Translations under genes and position numbers: made by a program
Part shown: positions 9,327 to 17,601 of the stretch, in pieces
Numbering within the stretch: the first letter of the stretch is position 1
Layout of the letters: every line of letters begins with the position of its first letter
Notes under the pieces: generated by a model
Databases searched by the model: none
Seen by the model: only the letters and a program-made list of their open reading frames with translations
What the model was told of the DNA's origin: nothing
IMG/VR virus record: IMGVR_UViG_3300031519_007812
Location: 1-37,849 of that record
From: a virus
Lineage: Duplodnaviria; Caudoviricetes
Direction: 5' to 3' (one strand)
Length of the DNA: 37,849 nt

Positions 9327-9517
9327 CAAAAAAACCACAACTCAACAACCTTTTGTCGAACATGCAACTTATTGGCATGCAGCCACCCTACTAAGAAATA
9401 TTCATCGCTTTTTGAATCCCACTGTTTTGTTACGATTACTGGCGTTCTGCCCATGTCAACGCCTCGGTTCAAATCCCGTCTAGGAGCGTCAAATTTGGTT
9501 AAATTAAATATTTTTAA

Positions 9518-9805
9518 TTAAAATTGCTCGTCTTCATCTTCGTCTTCATCTTCACCATTAAATTCGTCATCAACTTCCCCCGTAAATTCATAAACACCTA
9601 ACGAAGCTTGTCTTTGTTGTTTTAGCCAAATGTCTAATTGCCCAAGTCTTGCATAATAGTTTCCAAATCCGCAATCAAAATGTAAAGTTCCGTTTTGTGA
9701 GGCTTCGTGCCTTGTGGCAAGAATTTGAACAGTATCAAAATGCTCCCTTAAAATATCAAGAGCTTTATCTAAAAATTGCTCGTCTGGTGATTGTTGATTG
9801 TCCAC
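9518..9805 (-). CDS. Hypothetical protein with acidic tail
   Basis: 95-aa ORF with a GTG start, core EHFDTVQILAT...GFGNYYARLG and an EDEDEDE tail. Confidence 0.7.
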   Translation of the reverse strand: MDNQQSPDEQFLDKALDILREHFDTVQILATRHEASQNGTLHFDCGFGNYYARLGQLDIWLKQQRQASLGVYEFTGEVDDEFNGEDEDEDEDEQF

Positions 9806-9813
9806 GCTATATA

Positions 9814-10056
9814 TTACCCATCTTTGTCTTCCGAATCCAAATTTTCTTCTTCAGGCTGCTCTATTTCAATAAATGTTTGAAGTATCTGAACGTCAACAAA
9901 AAAGATAATCGACGTTAATACTGAACCAAATAAGCAAATAACAGCCCACTCGAAACTCATAACTTCAAGATGGTAAAGCTCTGCAATTAGCAGAAAAACT
10001 CCGATTGGGTGCGCTCTACTTATCGTTCTTTTTACTTTTCCTAAAGATGGTATCAT
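9814..10056 (-). CDS. Small membrane protein
   Basis: Hydrophobic segments followed by an acidic C-terminus. Confidence 0.55.
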   Translation of the reverse strand: MIPSLGKVKRTISRAHPIGVFLLIAELYHLEVMSFEWAVICLFGSVLTSIIFFVDVQILQTFIEIEQPEEENLDSEDKDG

Positions 10057-10141
10057 AATTTTCTTTATATTTCTTGCTGAAACAATTTCTTGGGCTATCG
10101 CCTTTACCGTTATTTGAGCTTTTTAAAGTCTCCTTTTTCAT
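10016..10141 (-). CDS. Small basic phage protein (41 aa, not in the ORF track)
   Basis: MKKETLKSSNNGKGDSPRNCFSKKYKENYDTIFRKSKKNDK. The GKG..PR...NYD.IF pattern is one I recall from small phage proteins. Confidence 0.6.
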   Translation of the reverse strand: MKKETLKSSNNGKGDSPRNCFSKKYKENYDTIFRKSKKNDK

Positions 10142-10173
10142 TTGTGAAATGTTTTGAAAGTTCTACATACTTT

Positions 10174-10329
10174 TTAAGACTCTTCGTATTCATCGGAATT
10201 TGGATTAAAAAAAAGAATCTCTTCTTCGGCCTTCACTAAGGCTTCCAAAAGGAATTCGCCTTTGAATTCACCTTTCTTTTTGCCCTTTTCGTAAACTACT
10301 ATCCTCCAGTTTTTTCTTGGACGAGCCAT
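10174..10329 (-). CDS. Small hypothetical protein (51 aa, not in the ORF track)
   Basis: MARPRKNWRIVVYEKGKKKGEF...EYEES, with an A-rich upstream context. Confidence 0.55.
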   Translation of the reverse strand: MARPRKNWRIVVYEKGKKKGEFKGEFLLEALVKAEEEILFFNPNSDEYEES

Positions 10330-10540
10330 TTTTTTTATATTTTAAATAAACAATTACCATTATAGTTGAACTCAGGCAACCAAAAACATAGTTAGCTAAA
10401 AAAAGCTTCTTGCAGCCAGTAAAATATCGCAGCAAATAAAAAAGATAAAATAGTTAAAGTCAAGATGTCGGTTACTAATGTTGTTATTTGTCTTTTCTTC
10501 ATTTTTTATTTTTAATTGAGAACCTGAGACTGTTGTGAAG

Positions 10541-10617
10541 TGGTACCCCCGGCAGGACTCTAACCTGCAACCTAGAAATTAGAAATTTCTTGCTCTATAC
10601 AGTTGAGCTACGGGAGC
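10541..10617 (-). tRNA. tRNA-Arg(UCU) with encoded CCA
   Basis: GCTCCCG-TA-GCTC-AACTGTATA-GAGC-A-AGAAA-TTTCTAA-TTTCT-AGGTT-GCAGG-TTAGAGT-CCTGC-CGGGGGT-A-CCA forms a full cloverleaf with anticodon TCT and the A20 Arg identity element. Confidence 0.93.
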
Positions 10618-10698
10618 ATAAATCCGCTATGATTGCATTTGCTCACCAATGTGTAAACTTAAACCCATAGATACGTAAATAGTGCGTTTACGAGTAGT

Positions 10699-10727
10699 AA
10701 GATGCCTGTTGCTTTGTTATTTGTCAA
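10699..10727 (-). promoter_or_regulatory. Putative promoter for the tRNA
   Basis: TTGACA-17nt-CATCTT upstream of the tRNA. Confidence 0.5.
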
Positions 10728-10760
10728 ATAATTTCTTGTAAAAATGTGTAATTTATTTGT

Positions 10761-11489
10761 ATGGCCCTTATAGAGTTCAAAAGAGAGCAGTCTATTGATG
10801 AAGCTTTTCGTAAGTTTGGATACAATTCAGACATTGATACAAACACTGATCCTGAAGATATTTGGGATTATGGTGGCTTGTATACTTTTGGTTCAGACAG
10901 TGGTGAAACTATTAGGATTTCTTCAGACAATACTGGGGACACTGGCTCATTTATAGTTCAGGGATTGGATGAAAATTTTTTAAATAAAAGCGTTACTTTA
11001 AATTTGTCAGGCCAAACTCCGGTAACACTAGGAACTTTTTCAAGAGTATTTAGAGGTTTCAATGCTGGATCTACTGATTTAAATGGAAATGTTTACAGTT
11101 ATGGAACTGGAGCTGTAGCAACTGGAACTCCTCAATCTGCTAGTATGATAAGGTCGATGGTGAAACCTATTTATCAGCAGACACAGATGGCTATTTATAC
11201 TGTTCCAGCTAATCATACTGCTTATATTTGCGATGTTACTTGCTCTTCTCCAAGGCTCGCAAACCAAACAATTGCTGTTGAAATGCGTCTAGACGTAAGG
11301 CAATTTGGAAAAGTATTTAGAAACCAACTAGTGTTTGGAGTAAATGACTCTCTTTATCAAGATGTTTTATTTGCCCCAATCAAAGTTCCCGCCAAATCAG
11401 ACATTAGATTAAGAGCGCAAAAGGTTTACGCAAATAATACTCCTGTTGCGGCGAGTTTCGATTTGATTTTAAAAAGAGACTTAACCTGA
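10761..11489 (+). CDS. Beta-rich hypothetical protein, possibly virion-associated
   Basis: 242 aa, G/T/S-rich, with KFGYN, QGLDENF and QTQMAIYTVPA. It is the only plus-strand gene in the minus-strand block. Confidence 0.75.
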   Translation: MALIEFKREQSIDEAFRKFGYNSDIDTNTDPEDIWDYGGLYTFGSDSGETIRISSDNTGDTGSFIVQGLDENFLNKSVTLNLSGQTPVTLGTFSRVFRGFNAGSTDLNGNVYSYGTGAVATGTPQSASMIRSMVKPIYQQTQMAIYTVPANHTAYICDVTCSSPRLANQTIAVEMRLDVRQFGKVFRNQLVFGVNDSLYQDVLFAPIKVPAKSDIRLRAQKVYANNTPVAASFDLILKRDLT

Positions 11490-11660
11490 AAACTTGTCGT
11501 CTTCGAAGTTTAAAGTTTTAGGCATTTCGCTTCTTATTTCTTGCTGCGTGGCTAATCTCAGCTTTCTATAGCCTATTTTCTTTTTGTCTGCCATAATGGG
11601 TCGCCAAACCCACCAATAACCATCAGACATTGAAAACTGTACAAAGTCGTGTGTATTCAT
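11481..11660 (-). CDS. Small hypothetical protein
   Basis: MNTHDFVQFSMSDGYWWVWRP..., starting just after the thyX stop. Confidence 0.55.
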   Translation of the reverse strand: MNTHDFVQFSMSDGYWWVWRPIMADKKKIGYRKLRLATQQEIRSEMPKTLNFEDDKFSG

Positions 11661-11667
11661 TTTTTGT

Positions 11668-12291
11668 TCACAGTTCGAAGGCAGAGATAGTATGTTCAAA
11701 AGGACTGCCTTCAATATTCTTTACTGAGTGGAGCATCATCTCAGCAATGTCACGAATCTCTTTCTGAGCTTCAGGCTTGTTCCTCAGTCCCTGAAAATGA
11801 TAGAATGATCGCCAGTTGAACATCACGTCCGCAGTGATCTTACTATTGTACGTCTTGAAGAATCGAGCAGATTCCTTGGCACGTTTACGACCAAGAACAG
11901 GTTCAAGATCGGCAACGCATTGATGGTAAAGCTCATTCCCCCGCCGAGTATAGTGAGCAAGCGTCTCCCGCCATTCTTTAGACCAATCATCCGGCACGAT
12001 ATACTTGTCTTCTTTTAGTTCCTTGTAACGGGCAGATTCGGCATTGATTGAAACTCCGATACGATGTTTAAGCAGGTGAATGTGAGAAGCAATATCGCAA
12101 TCAACCAGAAAGTGCAGAGAAGATTTTTCGAAAGGAGTGTGATGACCTTCTCTAGCGAGGAAACTGAGTAGTTTCGGTATTCTGTTTCGTTTTTCATCTG
12201 TGATTTCTCGACTGGTCGAAGTCCATGCGCTACAGGCATGAATCTCGTCTGATCCGTAGTGTCCGATAAGTTTGACTGAGTTTTTATTCAT
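11668..12291 (-). CDS. thyX: Flavin-dependent thymidylate synthase
   Basis: GHHTPFE, the ThyX motif variant KHRIGVSINAESARY, KESARF, NWRS..HF..LR and AQKEIR. Confidence 0.92.
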   Translation of the reverse strand: MNKNSVKLIGHYGSDEIHACSAWTSTSREITDEKRNRIPKLLSFLAREGHHTPFEKSSLHFLVDCDIASHIHLLKHRIGVSINAESARYKELKEDKYIVPDDWSKEWRETLAHYTRRGNELYHQCVADLEPVLGRKRAKESARFFKTYNSKITADVMFNWRSFYHFQGLRNKPEAQKEIRDIAEMMLHSVKNIEGSPFEHTISAFEL

Positions 12292-12310
12292 TCATTCATT
12301 AAACATCTTT

Positions 12311-12748
12311 CTAAGCACCAGAAGAACCAAAACCACCCATACCACGATGAGTGCCATTAAAGAATTCAGCAACTACCTCAAGCTCAAATGGGTCAACTCT
12401 CTCGAAAATGATTTGAGCAATACGGTCGCCCTTCTTAAATTCAAATGGGTCTTCACCAGCATTCAACAGAACAACGCTAATCTCATCTCGATATCCAGAG
12501 TCAACCACTCCAGCAAGAATATCAATACCATTCTTGACGGCAAGACCAGAACGTGGAGCGATTCGACCATAGTATCCTCGCGGAATTGCCATTGCGATTC
12601 CAGTTTTTACGATACATCGAAATCCAGAAAAGACCTTGCCATCTTCTTGGGCGTAAAGATCCCATCCAGCGTCATCTTCGTGAGCTTTGGCTGGTAGAAG
12701 CGCGTCATCAGACAGCTTTTTTACAGATACTTTTGGTTCAAAGCCCAT
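12311..12748 (-). CDS. dut: Trimeric dUTPase
   Basis: AGWDL, PRSGLA, GVVDSGYR, GDRIAQ and RGMGGFGSSG (five motifs). Confidence 0.97.
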   Translation of the reverse strand: MGFEPKVSVKKLSDDALLPAKAHEDDAGWDLYAQEDGKVFSGFRCIVKTGIAMAIPRGYYGRIAPRSGLAVKNGIDILAGVVDSGYRDEISVVLLNAGEDPFEFKKGDRIAQIIFERVDPFELEVVAEFFNGTHRGMGGFGSSGA

Positions 12749-12750
12749 AG

Positions 12751-13164
12751 TTATATTTTAATCATTGTAATTTTGAAAAGCTTGGCGATTTCGTAAGAAG
12801 TTTCCGCTGGGTAATTTTCAAGAAACTGCCCAAAAAAAACTCTAGAGACTTTTTTGATTGAAATTGTTTTTAGGCAAGAAGGGCAGGGGATATGGGTGCA
12901 GGCAAGAAATTCTACCTCTCCCGGCTGGCAATAATTCAATACATTTTCTTCTGCATGAACTACTTTTGCTCTTCTCTGGTCGCGATCTGACCAGTCTATT
13001 TCGACGCCAGAAGGTGCGCCATTGTACCCGACAATCAGGCTGTTGTCATATTTTTTAGCTACTGCGCCTACTTGAACATAAGGGTCTTCAGATCGATCTT
13101 CGGCAATTGAATACGCTAAATTTAAAGCTGTTACGGGCCAAATTTTTCTTTGTCTTGAAAGCAT
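12751..13164 (-). CDS. dCMP deaminase
   Basis: RSEDP..QVGA, GYNG, and HAEEN with PCPSC as zinc-binding motifs. Confidence 0.9.
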   Translation of the reverse strand: MLSRQRKIWPVTALNLAYSIAEDRSEDPYVQVGAVAKKYDNSLIVGYNGAPSGVEIDWSDRDQRRAKVVHAEENVLNYCQPGEVEFLACTHIPCPSCLKTISIKKVSRVFFGQFLENYPAETSYEIAKLFKITMIKI

Positions 13165-13334
13165 TATTTACCAGTAAGAAAGATTTTTTTGATATATCTA
13201 ATCTTACCTAAGACATAGCTTGCGTCAACATCTTTTTTGCCAAACTCTAGCAAAGACTCCAACTCTTTTTCCAAGCCTCTAATTTTAGAATAAGCTTCTA
13301 CAGGCTTTTCTCTTTCAAAGTTGCTAGTATTCAT
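13164..13334 (-). CDS. Small hypothetical protein (56 aa, not in the ORF track)
   Basis: MNTSNFEREKPVEAYSKIRG...FLTGK. It has a TAATG overlap with the deaminase start. Confidence 0.55.
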   Translation of the reverse strand: MNTSNFEREKPVEAYSKIRGLEKELESLLEFGKKDVDASYVLGKIRYIKKIFLTGK

Positions 13335-13587
13335 TTTCGTCTATGATTATTTTTTTATTTTTTACGTTTATTATTATCTTTTCTTTTTCGTCGGAGGTTT
13401 TTAAATTTTTTATAAACTCAACGAAGCAAAAATTGCAAAAAACTCCATACTCTTTACTGTAAAAGAAGCCTAATTTATCAGCAGCTTTTAATATTTTGTA
13501 TTCTCTGCCAGTGTATGACATTTCACAACAAGAACAAACTGTTAGTTCTTGAAGATCGTCGCTAGGATATAAAGCTTCACAAATCAC
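13324..13587 (-). CDS. Small Cys-rich (CxxC...CxxC) protein
   Basis: CSCC and CNFC, with a GTG start. Confidence 0.6.
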   Translation of the reverse strand: MICEALYPSDDLQELTVCSCCEMSYTGREYKILKAADKLGFFYSKEYGVFCNFCFVEFIKNLKTSDEKEKIIINVKNKKIIIDENEY

Positions 13588-13595
13588 AAACTATA

Positions 13596-13763
13596 TTACA
13601 CAGTTAAGCTTGTAAAACCTTGTCGATATAATTTTGATGACATCGTCCTATAATTTGTGTAGCAGAATCTCTTCCTTCCCATCCTATCACTTCAGTCTTC
13701 TCCGTTGGAACGCTGCATGCGGCCTACAAGATAAGTTCTTGTGCTATGCAGTGTGTTGCTCAT
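13596..13763 (-). pseudogene. Possible gene remnant with in-frame TGA
   Basis: The ATG at 13763 overlaps the upstream TGA. The frame reads MSNTLHSTRTYLVGRMQRSNGED*SDR..., with the stop at 13692-13694. Confidence 0.35.
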
Positions 13764-13921
13764 TTTTCAATAATTTTGAAAGACTTTTTCTGCCTTCTTT
13801 CTATTTGCTTGAGATACTTTTGAGCTTTTGAAAAGCCTTCTTCTGTGTGTTCAAATGCACCGTGACAAAAGTTTTTTTCTTTATCTACGATTATATATGA
13901 CTTTTTAATCTTCTTGGGCAT
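13760..13921 (-). CDS. Small hypothetical protein (53 aa, not in the ORF track)
   Basis: MPKKIKKSYIIVDKEKNFCHGAFEHTEEG...IIEK. It overlaps its neighbours in operon fashion. Confidence 0.6.
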   Translation of the reverse strand: MPKKIKKSYIIVDKEKNFCHGAFEHTEEGFSKAQKYLKQIERRQKKSFKIIEK

Positions 13922-14177
13922 CTTTATCTATGTATCCTTTGTACTTGTCGTAGAAGTCATCGCAAATTTGCAGTTCTCTACTGGCTCTAGCCAGTAAAAC
14001 TTTTAGATTAGAAATGGCTCCATTAAGCTTTTGTAAATTTTCTGGAGTTGGAGCTTTTGAGTATTCTTGCTGTAAAGAGTCTAGTTTTGTTATCGCTTCT
14101 GTTGTGTTTTTAACGAGCCAGTTTGCTGAGTCATCTAAAACTTTAAACTCATCTGAAATTTGTCCTGAAATGTTCAT
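13905..14177 (-). CDS. Hypothetical helical protein
   Basis: 90-aa ORF in the operon. Confidence 0.65.
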   Translation of the reverse strand: MNISGQISDEFKVLDDSANWLVKNTTEAITKLDSLQQEYSKAPTPENLQKLNGAISNLKVLLARASRELQICDDFYDKYKGYIDKDAQED

Positions 14178-14313
14178 CTATTAACTTTTCTAAAAATTCC
14201 AAATGGAAAACCATAAAGCTTTTTCCATTTTTATATCGGTTATGTCTGTCGTCAAACATAGCTTTCTCTTTTATTTGTGTCAATAAATTTCTTATTTCTG
14301 ACTCTTTATTCAT
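14149..14313 (-). CDS. Small hypothetical protein (54 aa, not in the ORF track)
   Basis: MNKESEIRNLLTQIKEKAM...FMVFHLEFLEKLI... Confidence 0.5.
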   Translation of the reverse strand: MNKESEIRNLLTQIKEKAMFDDRHNRYKNGKSFMVFHLEFLEKLIDEHFRTNFR

Positions 14314-14377
14314 CTCTGATGATGTCTAATATAATTTTTTCCATTTTCATTAAAGACGGAAGCGTTACACAGTCTAT

Positions 14378-14743
14378 TTATTGAATATTGATTTGTATTG
14401 GCTTTTGTGGTTCAAGTTTTGGTAGTGTCACTTTGGCAATTCCATCTTTCATAGAAACGGTACATTTTGACACTTCTGTGCCTTTGGGTAAAGGCCATTT
14501 TTGGTGGTATTTATATTCGTCGCTTTCGCCTTGGGCGGTGAGAATAGACTCTTGGATGGTAAATTTAGCGTCTTTTTTGTCAATTCCCGGCATTTTTAAT
14601 GTTAATTTGTAGTTTCCGTCTTCGTCTTCTGACCAATTACTTCCATATACTACTTCGTAAGTGGGCCATTTGTCCATATTACCTTGTAGTTCTTGTAAAA
14701 GGCTTTTTGTAAGCGAGCTTGAGTCAATAGATAGAGTGTTCAT
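14378..14743 (-). CDS. Small heat shock protein (Hsp20/alpha-crystallin)
   Basis: YKLTLKMPGIDKKD, LP, MKDGIAKVTLPK and a C-terminal IxI motif. Start placed at the ATG at 14743. Confidence 0.88.
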   Translation of the reverse strand: MNTLSIDSSSLTKSLLQELQGNMDKWPTYEVVYGSNWSEDEDGNYKLTLKMPGIDKKDAKFTIQESILTAQGESDEYKYHQKWPLPKGTEVSKCTVSMKDGIAKVTLPKLEPQKPIQINIQ

Positions 14744-14756
14744 ACGAACTTGTTTT

Positions 14757-14772
14757 AGCATTTCTCATGCCA
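14757..14772 (-). promoter_or_regulatory. Putative sigma54 (-24/-12) promoter for hsp20
   Basis: TGGCATGAGAAATGCT gives GG-N10-GC, against the consensus TGGCAC-N5-TTGCW. Confidence 0.55.
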
Positions 14773-14777
14773 ACTTT

Positions 14778-15275
14778 CTAAAAAATATAAATTATTCTAT
14801 CTTGTCCATCTTCACATTTTATTATTTTTGAAAATTCTGGCTTTTGATTATTTGTCCATTTAGATATTTGGTCATAATTTATTTGGTGGTGAATTGGGTC
14901 TTTTGGACACTCCCACATAAATGGAAAACTTAAAACTGTATTTTTACTTACTCTTCTTAGCTCCGAAAAAGCAATACTTTGTGACCCTTCTAAATGTTCC
15001 CAAACCTGTAGAGCAATTGTAAGGTCGAAAGACCTATCTAAAAATGGAACTTTACTTTCAAAATTTAAAAGCATATTTACCCTTCCCCAAGCAACCATGT
15101 CAGTTTTAAAAGACTCTTTGGATACAGGGCAGTTGCCAGCTCCTATTTCCCAACAGTTTTCTGGATTTAATTGTCGTGCAATTTTACTTACTTCAGATAT
15201 ATATGACCATCGACCTTTCCAGTAGTCGTGGCCCGAAGTATTTTCATCGAAGTCCTCTTTTGATATAAAATTCAT
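14778..15275 (-). CDS. Class I SAM-dependent methyltransferase-like protein
   Basis: EIGAG, PFLDRSFDLTIALQVWEHL and AFSELRRV. Confidence 0.75.
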   Translation of the reverse strand: MNFISKEDFDENTSGHDYWKGRWSYISEVSKIARQLNPENCWEIGAGNCPVSKESFKTDMVAWGRVNMLLNFESKVPFLDRSFDLTIALQVWEHLEGSQSIAFSELRRVSKNTVLSFPFMWECPKDPIHHQINYDQISKWTNNQKPEFSKIIKCEDGQDRIIYIF

Positions 15276-17053
15276 TTGAGTTGCTCAATCTCTTTTAAAA
15301 TCCAGTTATGCTTTTCACACTTCTTTAAGCAATCTAAGACAAAGTTTCTGAAATTTATCCAGTGTCCTTCTTTTTCGTTTAGAAATATGTGAACATGAAA
15401 GCTGTTAGCTTTTTCGCCATTTATAAAAATGTCTTCGTCAATTTCGATTTTTAAAGCTTTTTGAATTGACTCTTTGTTGGCGTCGGAATTGTAGGCTCTC
15501 CAAAATCCAATGTTGTGAGTTTGGTCAAATTCTTTTATAGAAAAAAACGTTTTAGCGTTATTTATACATTGCTGGTCTGTGAATCTACTTTCTTGATAAA
15601 TTGAATCTTTCCACCATTGAGGAAAATACTTGTCTCTTGCGAAGATGAGGCCAGTATTATATTTGCCAAACATCTGATTGTAATTTAGCTCTTCTTTTCG
15701 CCTGTAGTGAGGAGTTATAGCTACATCCCCACGAACTTGATCTTCAAAAGGTTGCAAAAATATGAAATCAGAATCTACAAAAAGAGTGTTGTCGTAAACC
15801 TCAAGAGCTTTTTCTATCGGTAAATATTTAAGAGTTAAAGGTTTGAAATTATGATAAGATATATCTGCCCAATAGGGCCGCTTCACCTCTTCTAAGTGTA
15901 TTTTGTAAAATTCACAATTTTGAATATTGTACTTTTCGATTATGTATCTGATGAATTCATCTCCGCACACAATGAGGGGTTCATTGTGATGCTTCCTTAG
16001 AGTCTTGGCCATCAAGACAAATTCGTTCCAGCAATCTTTAGTTGCTATAGTGCAAAAGCTTTTTACTTTTTCCTCTTTAAACAGGTTACTTAGTAAGTCT
16101 TGAAATCTAAACCAATTCTTTTCTCTTTTGTTTTGGTCGAGGCTTATTGATACAGATCCTTTTCTTAAAAAATGTCTGTATACTGGTTTTGTATTTTTGC
16201 AAATTATGTTTTTTTTGTTGAAGAGCATTCTTGCGTAAAACATTGCGTCTTCATGGCATGGGTACTCTGACCTGAAACAGAGTCCATCATTTGGAACGCA
16301 CTTTAAATTTATGATGGACGCCCAAGTTCCGAAACAAAATTTATAATCATAAAAATTGTTGGCATTTGCTACTCTGCTTTTTCCGTCCAAATCTATAATT
16401 TCATGAGATCCTATGACACAGTCGGCATCGCTTTCTCTTATCTCGTTATAAAGATCTAAAATGGCAGGAAGAGCTTCGTCATCTGCGTCCACCATGTAAG
16501 CATAAGGATATTCGTCTTGTATGGTTTTAGCTATTTGCAAAAGTTTATTTTTTACATGGCTCACATTGCAAGATGGTGATTCATTTTTAATATGAATTCT
16601 TTTAGAGCAGGAAGATTGATGTTCCTTTAGAATTATACTTGTTGCATCTTCTGAGAAGTCATTCAAAGTGATAAATGCCCATTTGTCTACATTTTTAAAA
16701 ACTCTTTCGATAGAGTCGAGCATTTTGGGAAGATACTTCTCCGCATTTTTAGCCCCCATCAATACTTGGATACCTTTTTCTTTTGAGCCTGAAGGGTTTA
16801 CGGTCTGATCGTCTTCTTGAGAAGAAGCTTGGGTAGGTATCTTTTTATTTAACTTTAGAGAGCTAGCGAATTGCTGCCTAAACAAATAGCTTTTAGTTTT
16901 TAAAAAGTCTTGAAGCTTTTCTAATTTAAATTCCGAACTTAGAGACGAAGAGTTTTCGAAAAAAGAGTTTAAATCTTCATCAGAAACAGAAACTTGTTGA
17001 AGTTTTTCTTTTCCTTCCTTGTATCCTGCTGCCACTAAAAAACTATACGTCAT
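15272..17053 (-). CDS. Two-domain glycosyltransferase (GT2-like plus a second GT-A domain)
   Basis: First domain: N.EKYLPKMLDSI, NDFSED, VDADD, HED. Second domain: LFVDSD, YNTG, DQ..IN. Confidence 0.8.
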   Translation of the reverse strand: MTYSFLVAAGYKEGKEKLQQVSVSDEDLNSFFENSSSLSSEFKLEKLQDFLKTKSYLFRQQFASSLKLNKKIPTQASSQEDDQTVNPSGSKEKGIQVLMGAKNAEKYLPKMLDSIERVFKNVDKWAFITLNDFSEDATSIILKEHQSSCSKRIHIKNESPSCNVSHVKNKLLQIAKTIQDEYPYAYMVDADDEALPAILDLYNEIRESDADCVIGSHEIIDLDGKSRVANANNFYDYKFCFGTWASIINLKCVPNDGLCFRSEYPCHEDAMFYARMLFNKKNIICKNTKPVYRHFLRKGSVSISLDQNKREKNWFRFQDLLSNLFKEEKVKSFCTIATKDCWNEFVLMAKTLRKHHNEPLIVCGDEFIRYIIEKYNIQNCEFYKIHLEEVKRPYWADISYHNFKPLTLKYLPIEKALEVYDNTLFVDSDFIFLQPFEDQVRGDVAITPHYRRKEELNYNQMFGKYNTGLIFARDKYFPQWWKDSIYQESRFTDQQCINNAKTFFSIKEFDQTHNIGFWRAYNSDANKESIQKALKIEIDEDIFINGEKANSFHVHIFLNEKEGHWINFRNFVLDCLKKCEKHNWILKEIEQLK

Positions 17054-17270
17054 TAAAAAAATCTTCCATTTCCTGCCAAACTTCTAAAGGTGTCGTACTT
17101 TTTAAAGCTTGGAATCTATCTTCTATTAGTTTTTCCTTCTGCTTTCTTTTGCAATTGCACCCCGTACTCAAAGTAGCTTTAACGAAATCCAAAAAAGGAG
17201 CCACAAAGTTATAATCAGTTTTAACTTCGGGCCTTTTGTTTACTTTGTTTAAAAAATCCTTGCTATTCAT
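17043..17270 (-). CDS. Hypothetical protein (GCNC motif)
   Basis: Short ORF overlapping both neighbours. Confidence 0.6.
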   Translation of the reverse strand: MNSKDFLNKVNKRPEVKTDYNFVAPFLDFVKATLSTGCNCKRKQKEKLIEDRFQALKSTTPLEVWQEMEDFFNDV

Positions 17271-17601
17271 CAATAAACCTCCAGCTCAAAATAAAAGCAC
17301 TATAAATTAAAAGAAGATGTTCTAAGTTTTTTTGTGCAATGCAAGAGACTAAATACAGCCAAAAAGAAAAACAGTATGGACAAGAGAATAGTTTGCTTAA
17401 AAAAGACTGGCTTTTAAAATTCCAATACTCTAAATAATTTGAGCAGTTTAAAGCGTTTCGTTCTTTTTCATAGCCTGAAGCGTCAATTCCAAAAAGCTTC
17501 ACGTAATAAGAGAGGAGTTCTGTCTTGTAAACTATAAATAAAATAGAAAAAACGCTACTCCAAGTTAATAATAAATCAAATGACAGTTCAAGAAGCTTCA
17601 T
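17263..17601 (-). CDS. Membrane protein with CPYC..FW motif (DUF1360-like)
   Basis: Hydrophobic segments and KLFSCPYCFSFW. Confidence 0.65.
   Translation of the reverse strand: MKLLELSFDLLLTWSSVFSILFIVYKTELLSYYVKLFGIDASGYEKERNALNCSNYLEYWNFKSQSFLSKLFSCPYCFSFWLYLVSCIAQKNLEHLLLIYSAFILSWRFIDE

Noticed and set aside
9361-9380. Inverted repeat CATGCAA-N5-TGGCATG as an operator or sigma54 site
   Set aside because: It is a single imperfect occurrence and lacks GG-N10-GC spacing.
9441-9491. T-loop-like GGTTCAAATCC followed by TAGGAGCGTCA (tRNA remnant or att site)
   Set aside because: There is no full T-stem, D-arm or matching acceptor 5' strand, and no integrase in the window. A 43-codon minus-strand ORF (9323-9454) could also explain much of this gap.
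13692-13694. Stop-codon reassignment (TGA read as Trp)
   Set aside because: Many intact genes end in TGA or TAG with normal overlaps, and all conserved genes are full length in the standard code.
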